From Candidatus Micrarchaeota archaeon (GTDB lineage: Archaea > Micrarchaeota > Micrarchaeia > Anstonellales > Bilamarchaeaceae): 64,000 bases of DNA. The stretch is from the NCBI GenBank assembly GCA_040758595.1, contig JBFLVJ010000008.1, forward strand, positions 3,291 to 67,290, given 5' to 3'. Every line of letters starts with the position of its first letter. Positions within the stretch are counted from its first letter, which is position 1. Of this stretch, positions 52,653-60,855 are shown piece by piece. The translations under genes were made by a program, and so were the position numbers. The notes beneath the pieces were generated by a model. It was not told the origin of the DNA and ran no database searches. It was given only the letters and a program-made list of their open reading frames with translations.

Positions 52653-53891
52653 ATGGAAGATTTCTCAGGATTCTACAAGTTGAGCCTAGAAGAGAGGCTG
52701 GAGAAGGTCAAGAAAGCGGCAAGACTAACCGACGAGGAGGTCAAAGCCCTCGTGGACAGCGGCGCTCTGGAGCTGGACAAGGCCGACAAGGTGGTGGAGA
52801 ACGTGATAGGCGCGGCCCACCTGCCGCTCGGCATAGCCACCAACTTCGTGATAAACGGCAAGCCCACGCTCATCCCGATGGCCGTGGAGGAGCCTTCTGT
52901 CATCGCAGCCGCATGCCGGGCGGCCAAGCAGGCCGGCTCGTTCAAGGCAGATGCCGACGAATCGGTCATGGTAGGACAGATACAGTTGGTGGGCCTGCCT
53001 GACCCGGCGAAGGCGCTGGAGGATGTCCAGGCCAACAAAAAGCAGCTGCTCGCAGAAGCGTCCGTGGCCATGAAGCCGCATGAGAAGTACGGCTGCGGGG
53101 TGCGGGATCTCAAGCCGAAGCTCATAGACACCGGAAGAGGGCAGATGCTCATCGTGGACTTCCACATCTCAGTGGGCGATGCCCAAGGGGCGAACATGGT
53201 GAACACCACTCTGGAGAAGGTCGCTCCTTTCATAGAGAAGCTCACCGCGGGCAGGACCCGATTGAGGATAGTGAGCAACCTCGCCACCGAGCGGAAAGCG
53301 CGCGCCTCGGCGCTATGGAAGAAAGATATCGTCGGCGAAGACGTCATAGAAGGCGTCCTGGACGCCTACGAGTTCGCTAAAAACGACATCTACCGCTGCG
53401 CCACCCACAACAAGGGCATCATGAACGGCATAGACCCGGTGGCGATGGCGACTGGCAACGATTGGCGCTCGGTGGAGGCCGGCGCCCATGCGTTCGCATC
53501 CATAGGCCAGTACAAGCCGCTCACCAAATACTACAGGAACGAGAACGGCGATCTGGTGGGTGAGATCGAGCTGCCCCTGGCGGTCGCCACGGTCGGCCCT
53601 GCGGTGAACAGCAGCCCGACCGCGAAAACAGCCCTGAAAATCATGGGCGTCACGAAATCCAAAGAGCTCGCTATGGCTATGGCCTGCATAGGGCTCGCCA
53701 ACAACTTCGCGGCATTGTCCGCCCTCGCGACAGTCGGCATCCAGAAAGGCCACATGAAGCTCCACGCGAGGAACATCGCCGCCTATGCCGGCGCATCCAC
53801 TCCAGAAGACATCGAAAGGATAGCTGAGACCCTCTCCAAGGAGGGCAACTTCAGCATCGAGAGGGCGAAAGAGCTGTTGAAAGGTGCATGA
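52653..53891 (+). CDS. hmgA: HMG-CoA reductase, class II type
   Basis: ENVIGAAHLPLGIATNFVINGKPTLIPMAVEEPSVIAAACRAAK is a class II (bacterial-type) signature. The ATG at 52653 was chosen over the listed TTG at 52629. Confidence 0.9.
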   Translation: MEDFSGFYKLSLEERLEKVKKAARLTDEEVKALVDSGALELDKADKVVENVIGAAHLPLGIATNFVINGKPTLIPMAVEEPSVIAAACRAAKQAGSFKADADESVMVGQIQLVGLPDPAKALEDVQANKKQLLAEASVAMKPHEKYGCGVRDLKPKLIDTGRGQMLIVDFHISVGDAQGANMVNTTLEKVAPFIEKLTAGRTRLRIVSNLATERKARASALWKKDIVGEDVIEGVLDAYEFAKNDIYRCATHNKGIMNGIDPVAMATGNDWRSVEAGAHAFASIGQYKPLTKYYRNENGDLVGEIELPLAVATVGPAVNSSPTAKTALKIMGVTKSKELAMAMACIGLANNFAALSALATVGIQKGHMKLHARNIAAYAGASTPEDIERIAETLSKEGNFSIERAKELLKGA

Positions 53892-54882
53892 TTTGTTCGA
53901 CCTGCTCGCATCAGCGGTTTTGGCGTTCGTGGTGTCCTACTTCATCACCGAGAAGCTCCTCCCCCGGCTCCGCGGAGCGGGCATAACCGGAGGGGACGAG
54001 AACAAGGAAGGGAAGCCCGAGACGCCCGAGATGGGCGGTCTGGCCATAGTCGCCGGATTCACCGCGGGCATCTTGCTCATAATCTATCTCAACACATTCG
54101 CGATGGAGCTGTTCGGCATCAATCCACAGCTATCGTTCAACATGACCTACCTCCTAATCGCCGTGATAACGATACACACGATAGCCTTCATCGGTGTGGT
54201 GGACGACCTCCTGAACATCCCCCAGTGGCTCAAGGCGATCTCGCCCCTGCTCGCGGCGGCCCCGCTGGTCGCCATGAAGGTGGCCGGGAGCACCGCGGTC
54301 GTCATACCGTTCATCGGCCTGGTGGATTTCGGCCTCATCTACTTGTTCATGCTCGTGCCGATCGCCATCGCGGTCTGCTCGAACCTTACCAACATGCTCG
54401 CAGGATTCAACGGTTTGGAAGCCGGCATGGGCCTTGTGATGTTCGCGACCCTCGCTCTTCTTGGCTGGAGCAGCGGCTCGATAGAGATGGCGATACTATC
54501 GCTCTCCATGGCCGGGGCGCTCGCCGGGTTCCTCATCTTCAACTGGTATCCGGCCAAGGTGTTCCCTGGAGATGTGGGCACCTTGAGCATCGGGGTCGCG
54601 CTCGCCAGCACCATAATAATCGGGAATTTGGAGAGCGCAGGGGTGATCCTGATGATCCCCTACATAGCCGACTTCTTCATAAAGGCGAAGAATCGCTTCC
54701 CGCACACCCACCAGGAGCTCAAAGATGGGAAGCTCTATCCGAAAGACGGGAAAATCCGTGGCCTGGTCCACATGCCCATGAAGTTCCTCAACGGCATCAC
54801 CGAGAAGGATCTGGTCCTGCTCTTCATCTGGATAGAATGCGTATTCGCCTTGATAACGCTCCTGCTCTTCTTCAGACCTTGA
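53884..54882 (+). CDS. aglH: UDP-GlcNAc:dolichyl-phosphate GlcNAc-1-phosphate transferase (GT4, MraY/WecA/AglH-like)
   Basis: VVDDLLNI, NLTNMLAGFNGLEAGMG and NWYPAKVFPGDVGTLSIG. The GTG start overlaps the hmgA stop by 8 nt. Confidence 0.8.
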   Translation: MHDLFDLLASAVLAFVVSYFITEKLLPRLRGAGITGGDENKEGKPETPEMGGLAIVAGFTAGILLIIYLNTFAMELFGINPQLSFNMTYLLIAVITIHTIAFIGVVDDLLNIPQWLKAISPLLAAAPLVAMKVAGSTAVVIPFIGLVDFGLIYLFMLVPIAIAVCSNLTNMLAGFNGLEAGMGLVMFATLALLGWSSGSIEMAILSLSMAGALAGFLIFNWYPAKVFPGDVGTLSIGVALASTIIIGNLESAGVILMIPYIADFFIKAKNRFPHTHQELKDGKLYPKDGKIRGLVHMPMKFLNGITEKDLVLLFIWIECVFALITLLLFFRP

Positions 54883-55579
54883 AGTCCCTGAGCAGCTTCA
54901 TCAGGCCGAAGAGCTCCACGAATCTGTCGTAGTCGGTGACCCTGCCGATGTCGAACCAGACGCCCTCGAACACATAGGCGTTGATCGTTTTGCCCTCTTT
55001 GAGCAGCCTGGGGAAGACGTCCTTGGCGAAGTCCTCCTTCTCTTTGATATACCCGAAAATCCCGGGCTCCAGGATGTAGATGGCGGTGTTGTATAGGTGC
55101 TCGAGGCCGGGCTTCTCGCGGAACGCGACCACCGTGCCGTCCTCCACATCCGCCACCCCGTATTCCAGGGTGCTCTTGTTCTTATAGAGCGCTATGGTCG
55201 CCATCGCCCCGCTCTTCTTGTGGTGCTTGAGCATGTCGGCCATGTCTATGTCGGTGAGGTGGTCGCCCATGACGACCGCGAAGGTCTCTTTCACCTTGCC
55301 CTTGTAGGGCAGGATCGAGCCGGCGGTGTTGAGCCTTTCTTTCTCTATCGAGTACTCTATCTTCACCCCCAGCTTCTTGCCGTCGCCGAAATGATCCACT
55401 ATCTGCTCGTGCTTGTAGCCCACGGTCAATATGAGGTCCTTTATGCCGTGCTTCTTCAGGTTCTCTATCACATATTGCAATATGGGCTTGTCGCCCAGCT
55501 TGAGCATCGGTTTCGGGGTGGTGTAAGTATATGGCCTCAGCCTCGTACCTTCCCCTCCTGCCACTATGAACGCTTTCAT
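54872..55579 (-). CDS. Sugar-1-phosphate nucleotidylyltransferase
   Basis: MKAFIVAGGEGTRLRPYTYTTPKPMLKLGDKPILQYVIENL. Confidence 0.8.
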   Translation of the reverse strand: MKAFIVAGGEGTRLRPYTYTTPKPMLKLGDKPILQYVIENLKKHGIKDLILTVGYKHEQIVDHFGDGKKLGVKIEYSIEKERLNTAGSILPYKGKVKETFAVVMGDHLTDIDMADMLKHHKKSGAMATIALYKNKSTLEYGVADVEDGTVVAFREKPGLEHLYNTAIYILEPGIFGYIKEKEDFAKDVFPRLLKEGKTINAYVFEGVWFDIGRVTDYDRFVELFGLMKLLRDFKV

Positions 55580-55624
55580 GGGATCACACATAGGTTACCG
55601 AAAACAGGTTTAAAAAGCGAGACT

Positions 55625-56755
55625 TCAGAGATCCCAGAGCCGATGCCTGACAAAGACCGCATGGGCTATCCGGCGTATCTCATCCGCCTCCAATTCGCTG
55701 AGCGGGAGCCTCCTCGACATCAGCCTCCTGAACCTCTCATGGTCGAATCGTCTTAGGTGCTCGGCGATGCCGATAGATATCGCTTCCCTCGCCTTCTTGT
55801 AGCTCTCCCGTCTGCTCAGGTGGATAGCCGCCAGGCTGGTCTTCGGGTGGTGGCCGAATATCATGTTTATCAGATGGGCCCGCAGTTCGTCCCGTTCCCG
55901 GGCCTTGGCCTTCGCCGGGGTATCCGGCTCCATCTCATCGAAATCTATATCCCCCTGGAAATCCCCGCCCCCTTCCTGCATGATAGTGTTGTAATGGATG
56001 CCCTCATGGACGATGCAATCCTCCAAAGCGCTAGAAGCTATCTTCCGATGGTCGCGGAGGAAATCCGGGAACACCAGGACGCCCTTCCTGGTCACCACTC
56101 CATCAGCCTTCTCGGGCATCTCTCCTCCCAGGATGAAGACCGGGATATCCCTGGCCGACAACCTCCCCTCGAAAAACGAGAAGCTCAACAGCGCCCTTCT
56201 CTTCACAGGGTACCTGAAAAGGCAGTACTCCATCTCCGATCCGCCGTCCGCTCGCTCCGACTTGATGGTCCTGAGCAGGAACCAGACATCGTTCTTGAGA
56301 TAGTACTCATGGAGCTCTCTTAGCATGGCCTTCGGATCGGCCGAATCCGAGAGGATGCCGAGACCATCCGCAGCCAGGGTTTTCCTGATTTTCTCCATGG
56401 TCGAGCCCAGGTCCGTTTTCCCTCCGAACTCATAGGGGCAGATGGATTGGTCTGTCCTGTCCAGGATGGAGCTTATCCTCCTGTCGACAGCATCGAAACG
56501 CGGATCGCCTCTCCCCTGCGCCAGGTAGCGTATGGTGATATCATGGGCAGGGATGGTGGATCCCTTCTCACGGCCTATCATGTCTTGGGGGGCGGGTTTG
56601 GCCTTGTCTTGATCGCAGCGGGAGCGTGAAAGAGAATATGCCGCGCCTATCCCGGATGCGATGGCCGCTGTGAGGAGGGCGTATCTGAGAAAGCCGCTCC
56701 GCTTGGGAGGCATCTCCTTCTTCGGCGCTGGCTGACGTACCTTTCTCCTTTTCAT
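55625..56755 (-). CDS. Membrane-anchored hypothetical protein with an HExxH motif
   Basis: The N-terminal basic stretch is followed by a TM segment (FLRYALLTAAIASGIGAAYSL). CIVHEGIHY (HEGIH at 55994-56008) is present. No other family features recognised. Confidence 0.5.
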   Translation of the reverse strand: MKRRKVRQPAPKKEMPPKRSGFLRYALLTAAIASGIGAAYSLSRSRCDQDKAKPAPQDMIGREKGSTIPAHDITIRYLAQGRGDPRFDAVDRRISSILDRTDQSICPYEFGGKTDLGSTMEKIRKTLAADGLGILSDSADPKAMLRELHEYYLKNDVWFLLRTIKSERADGGSEMEYCLFRYPVKRRALLSFSFFEGRLSARDIPVFILGGEMPEKADGVVTRKGVLVFPDFLRDHRKIASSALEDCIVHEGIHYNTIMQEGGGDFQGDIDFDEMEPDTPAKAKARERDELRAHLINMIFGHHPKTSLAAIHLSRRESYKKAREAISIGIAEHLRRFDHERFRRLMSRRLPLSELEADEIRRIAHAVFVRHRLWDL

Positions 56756-56809
56756 GACTCCATTATTGGAGCGCTATCTTTATAGTTATTAGTTATATTA
56801 CGTGGGTGT

Positions 56810-57430
56810 TCAAGCAATCAGATAGTACCCCAGTATCGCTCCGACGACCGAGCAGATGAAATTCGTGGTCCCTTTCGTCCCCAGGCCCCTCTCCTCGAAC
56901 ACGCCGAACAATGTGTCCGCTATCGAGCCCCCAAGGCCTGCAAGGCCGACGAGCAGCGCCTGTGTCGGGGTTATCCCGAAGACGTACATCGCAGCGAAGC
57001 CTATCGCGCACGCTCCTGCCAGGGAGCCCACGGTGCCCATCCTGCTCATGGCCCCGCTCGTCCCTGGGCGCACCGGCTTGAGATCGAAGAGGGACATGGG
57101 CTCGGATGCGTCCAGCACCCCTATCTCGGAGCCGAATTTGTCGGCCATCACCGCGGCGAGGCCGGCAATGAAAGGGATGTATCCGATGTGCGGCGAGGCT
57201 ATCGCCAGTATGGCCGGAAGGAGCCCGTTGGATAGGACATTCTCCCAGCCTCTCTCGTGTTCATATATGCCCATGCCCTTCTTGGTCTCATACTCATATT
57301 TGGTGACCAGCACTGCTAGCAGGAAGAATATGAGCATAAGGGCTAGATAGGACGCGCCTCCATAAAAGAGAAGGATGGCGCCGAAAAAGAGCGCCAGGAG
57401 CACGCCTTTGGTGTCGAGGACCCCCTTCAT
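56810..57430 (-). CDS. DUF92/TMEM19-family integral membrane protein
   Basis: Polytopic protein with ERGWENVLSNG...AADKFGSEIG-like (here MADKFGSEIG) and GTSGAMS...GSIADTL motifs. Confidence 0.65.
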   Translation of the reverse strand: MKGVLDTKGVLLALFFGAILLFYGGASYLALMLIFFLLAVLVTKYEYETKKGMGIYEHERGWENVLSNGLLPAILAIASPHIGYIPFIAGLAAVMADKFGSEIGVLDASEPMSLFDLKPVRPGTSGAMSRMGTVGSLAGACAIGFAAMYVFGITPTQALLVGLAGLGGSIADTLFGVFEERGLGTKGTTNFICSVVGAILGYYLIA

Positions 57431-57435
57431 GATCT

Positions 57436-57807
57436 CTACTTCTGTATCCTGATCTCGATCGACGAGACCTTGCTCTTGGAGCCGTCCTCAGAAGTCAGCT
57501 CTTCGGTCGCGATTGCGATGTTGTCCACCTTGGCATCAGGCATGAACCTGTGCCTGACGATCTCGACCACGTCGACGGCCCTGGAGATGAGTTTCCCCCT
57601 CGCCTTGACGGTCACATTGCTCGCTCCGTTGTTGAACTGGGTCACCACGGCAAGGACGTATCCCATGGTCCCTTTCTTGCCTACATAGACTGTGTTGTCG
57701 TCCCTTCTCCGCTCCCTCGGGATCTCCGGGACCTCTTCAGCTCCCTGCGGCATATCGGGGGTCTCCTCAGGCATCTCTTCGGTCGTTGGCATCTCTTCTT
57801 GTTCCAT
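57436..57807 (-). CDS. albA: Chromatin protein Alba with acidic N-terminal extension
   Basis: NTVYVGKKGTMGYVLAVVTQFNNGASNVTVKARGKLISRAVDVVEIVRHRF. The ATG at 57807 has GGTG 6 nt upstream; the listed start is a GTG at 57816. Confidence 0.85.
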   Translation of the reverse strand: MEQEEMPTTEEMPEETPDMPQGAEEVPEIPRERRRDDNTVYVGKKGTMGYVLAVVTQFNNGASNVTVKARGKLISRAVDVVEIVRHRFMPDAKVDNIAIATEELTSEDGSKSKVSSIEIRIQK

Positions 57808-57875
57808 GGTTCGCACCTCTCTCTTGTGGGGTTTGCTAGAAGCTGATAGAACCCGCTAAATCAATATAAATCTTG

Positions 57876-58463
57876 TCATCTGGAATGCTGCCTGGCTTTC
57901 CCGGGTGCCGATGTTTTCTGCGGGGGTCTAGGCCTGTCGGTGAGCATCATCCCGCTTATGCAATGCTCGCGGAGATTGCCGACGACGCTCATCCTCTTGG
58001 CGAGCATAGCCATCATCCGCTCTAAGAAACGCGATGCCTTTGGATCCAGCTTTCTGCCTTCGAAAGCGCTCTCCAGGGCGGCTCCGAACCTTTCGAGCCG
58101 GACCCTGCCTTCGGTATGCCAGAACATGCTGATGATGGTGCCTCCGGCATCCGCCGCGACACGATGATCCTCGCTCATGAGCCCGATGACCAGGAGCGGA
58201 AGCGCAGATAGGTCCTTGCAGCGGCCGATCGCGTCAGAGGCTATCCCCCGGACATACTCGTTCCTGTCATGCAGGGCAGCATCGACCAGGATGCTGATGG
58301 CGGCCGGGCCCAAATCCGGAAGATCCATCACGGTGCTCCCGCGGACCCGCCAGTCATCGCTCTTCATCGCATTGCGGATGTGATCGGGCACATCCGGGCA
58401 TCTCTCTGTTATAGTACCTGATACCGATCTCCTATCCCTTCCGTCGCTATCAACGTTGGCCAT
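57876..58463 (-). CDS. HEAT-repeat protein
   Basis: DWRVRGSTVMDLPDLG..AISILVDAALHDRNEYVRGIASDAIGRCKDLSALPLLV. The ATG at 58463 lies about 29 nt downstream of a T/A-rich TATA-like element, so the transcript may be leaderless. An alternative ATG lies at 58487. Confidence 0.55.
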   Translation of the reverse strand: MANVDSDGRDRRSVSGTITERCPDVPDHIRNAMKSDDWRVRGSTVMDLPDLGPAAISILVDAALHDRNEYVRGIASDAIGRCKDLSALPLLVIGLMSEDHRVAADAGGTIISMFWHTEGRVRLERFGAALESAFEGRKLDPKASRFLERMMAMLAKRMSVVGNLREHCISGMMLTDRPRPPQKTSAPGKARQHSR

Positions 58464-58511
58464 CGGCAATATATTGCACACAATCATTTAAAAAAACACT
58501 AGATACCACAA

Positions 58512-59414
58512 TCAGGAGGAGTCCATCAGATCAAGGGCCCGTTTCAGCATGGAGATGTCCAGGAGCGCCCTGCCATACTCCTCGGAATCGTCCGACATCC
58601 TGGGACAGGCGGTGTTCACCAGGCAGTCGAAGGCCATGAAATTCTTGACCGTCATGGGCTCGAGCTCGTTGGCGACCAGGATGGCGCACTCGAAGCCGCG
58701 CTTCTCCAGCTCCCGCTTCGCCCACTTCGCATTGGACAGGCTGAACTGGCCGGGCTTGGTGCTGAGGAGTATCCCGAAGCTCTTGGAGGTCAATGCCTTG
58801 GCTATCGCGCCATTGCGCTTCTTCCTGAGCCTCTCGGCTTCTTTTCGGATGTCCTTGACAGAGGAATCGAGCGGGTTGAAGACTAATGCCGGCTTCTGCA
58901 CGTCTATGGCCAGGGCGTGGAACAGTCCGCTTCCCACAAAAACGATTGCGTCAGCCTCCTTCTCCACTGATTTGACCGCGCCGCCGTCGCAGCCCAGTAT
59001 CTGCCCGGGCCTCTCTGCGATGCAGCCCTTGCCGATGAGGACCGTCTTGCCGTTCCTCTCGAAGAACGCTTTCATCCCCTCCAGCTGATGGATGTGCTGG
59101 ACCGTGGTGGCGAGCCCTATCCGCCAGTATCCCTCCAGATGGCCTAGGACGCCCCTCAGGGCGTCTATATCGATGTCTATGGAGTACTCGATGTATTCGA
59201 CCGGGACCGCTATCTCGGCCTTCAGGAAACGGTTATGGCCGAAATGGACTATCTTGTCGGCCTCGATCCACCTGGCTTCGTCCAAAGCCAGGTCGCAGGC
59301 GCCATAGCAGGCGGATGCCGAGAGGAACACCTCGTGGCCTTCGCTCTCGTACCGCTTCTTGATGTCCATGGCCTTCTGCTTGAGGCCTTCTGGGAACTGG
59401 ATGAGTATGCGCAT
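58512..59414 (-). CDS. dph2: Diphthamide biosynthesis protein Dph2 (2-(3-amino-3-carboxypropyl)histidine synthase)
   Basis: MRILIQFPEGLK...ACYGACDL...IVHFGHN... 300 aa, with a typical archaeal Dph2 layout. Confidence 0.85.
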   Translation of the reverse strand: MRILIQFPEGLKQKAMDIKKRYESEGHEVFLSASACYGACDLALDEARWIEADKIVHFGHNRFLKAEIAVPVEYIEYSIDIDIDALRGVLGHLEGYWRIGLATTVQHIHQLEGMKAFFERNGKTVLIGKGCIAERPGQILGCDGGAVKSVEKEADAIVFVGSGLFHALAIDVQKPALVFNPLDSSVKDIRKEAERLRKKRNGAIAKALTSKSFGILLSTKPGQFSLSNAKWAKRELEKRGFECAILVANELEPMTVKNFMAFDCLVNTACPRMSDDSEEYGRALLDISMLKRALDLMDSS

Positions 59415-59451
59415 ATATTATCCACTCAAATACCTCTGTGGCGACATATTA

Positions 59452-60405
59452 TTAATCCGAGCGCCTAGGCGCGCTCTCCATCCGTGCGAACACCACATCG
59501 CCGGCATTCTCCATTATGTCTTCGGAATACCGTGCCATCTTGTTGCATCTCTCCATGAAAGAGCGCATCTGGACCATCTTCGCAGGCGTCTTCTCTCCCC
59601 GCGCGAGCTTGTCAGCTTTCCCCAACTCCTCTTTATACGCCTGCCTCGCCTTCGCGAAACCCGCCTCGTCTAGTTCGCAGTCGGCGAACGCGTTATAGGC
59701 GGTCGTGTACATCGCCATGCCCTTCTCCAGGAGTCCGGCGACCATGGCATCCGGCGCCTTGTCCTTTGCCTCGATGCACAGATCCAGCAGGTGGTCGCTC
59801 ACCTTCTCCATGCTTTTGGCTGTTATCACCCTGAATATCGACTCGCTGCTGCTATGCCGTCCCACGACGAGCTTTCGGAGCAGGAGCAGATAGAGCCTGT
59901 CGACCTCATCCTCTTTCCGCTGTATCTCGGTGAGATTGCAGCCTCCGTCCTCATAGGCTGATATGGCAAGGTTGAACATGGACTGCGTGACATTGTACTG
60001 CCGTTTGATTATGTTGTCTATCTGGACGTCATCGAAATCCAGGATCCGCAGGGTGAGTTCGTTCCCCTCCTCATCAGCTATCTCCACCCCTGATAGCACC
60101 CTCCTGGCCTCTTCGGCCAGGGTGTGCATCCCGCTCCCCCGCAGCACGATGCGCCCCGCTCCGCCCACATAAGCCGAGACGATGTTGCTCATCGAGTTGC
60201 CATCGCCGGAAGGCGAGACCTCCAAAGACACGGTCTTGAGCTCCTTGTCGGTCTGCCGGAGAGAGAGCGTCAGGCTCCCGTCCTCGTTCTGGGCGAGGTA
60301 TGCGGCATCTCCTTTGGCGACATTCATCCTGGATACCCAGTCATGGGGCAGGGATACTATGTATGTGTTCCTTCCGGTCAGCTGGATACGGCGTGGCAGG
60401 TCCAT
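59452..60405 (-). CDS. PhoU-like regulator with N-terminal AbrB/SpoVT-type domain
   Basis: MDLPRRIQLTGRNTYIVSLPHDWVSRMNVAKGD (AbrB-like) is followed by two PhoU-like helical repeats (EDEVDRLY..., SDHLLDL...). The start was moved to ATG 60405. Confidence 0.7.
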   Translation of the reverse strand: MDLPRRIQLTGRNTYIVSLPHDWVSRMNVAKGDAAYLAQNEDGSLTLSLRQTDKELKTVSLEVSPSGDGNSMSNIVSAYVGGAGRIVLRGSGMHTLAEEARRVLSGVEIADEEGNELTLRILDFDDVQIDNIIKRQYNVTQSMFNLAISAYEDGGCNLTEIQRKEDEVDRLYLLLLRKLVVGRHSSSESIFRVITAKSMEKVSDHLLDLCIEAKDKAPDAMVAGLLEKGMAMYTTAYNAFADCELDEAGFAKARQAYKEELGKADKLARGEKTPAKMVQMRSFMERCNKMARYSEDIMENAGDVVFARMESAPRRSD

Positions 60406-60855
60406 ATGCTCCCTCTGGTATATATCATAATCTTGGTATATATACGAACTAGGAAAAGCATATAAAACAATCCATGCCGCGCGGTCAGATAGCATGGCAT
60501 GCCACTTCACAGCCTGACGGCTTACGTCGTCAGAAGTCTTTTTGAGAAGTGGTATATACCAAACATACCGAAATATATACAATTTGCATAAGATTTATAA
60601 AGAAACCCCGGGGCATACGTCCAGAGGAATCGTATGATGAACCAGTTCAAGACCAAGACCCCGATCCACAAATTCAATCAGGATGTGGCCAAGGGGCAGT
60701 TCGCAGACATCGCATATGCGCAAAGGATGCTCTCGCGCAAACCCCTTCTAGAAACCCGCTTCTGCTGATTGTCGGGAGGGGATTGTCAAGAGGGAGCGGC
60801 CCCCACCGTTCCCTCTATCCAGCCCACCCTGCAATATCCCGCCGTTTTCCGCCAT

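Noticed and set aside
60634-60768. 44-aa ORF (MMNQFKTKTPIHKF...) with a GAGGA upstream, between the phoU-like gene and ppsA; its ATGATGA was also considered as a C box
   Set aside because: No D box (CUGA) lies at a suitable distance for a C/D sRNA. The ORF is short and unsupported, although it may still be a real small protein.
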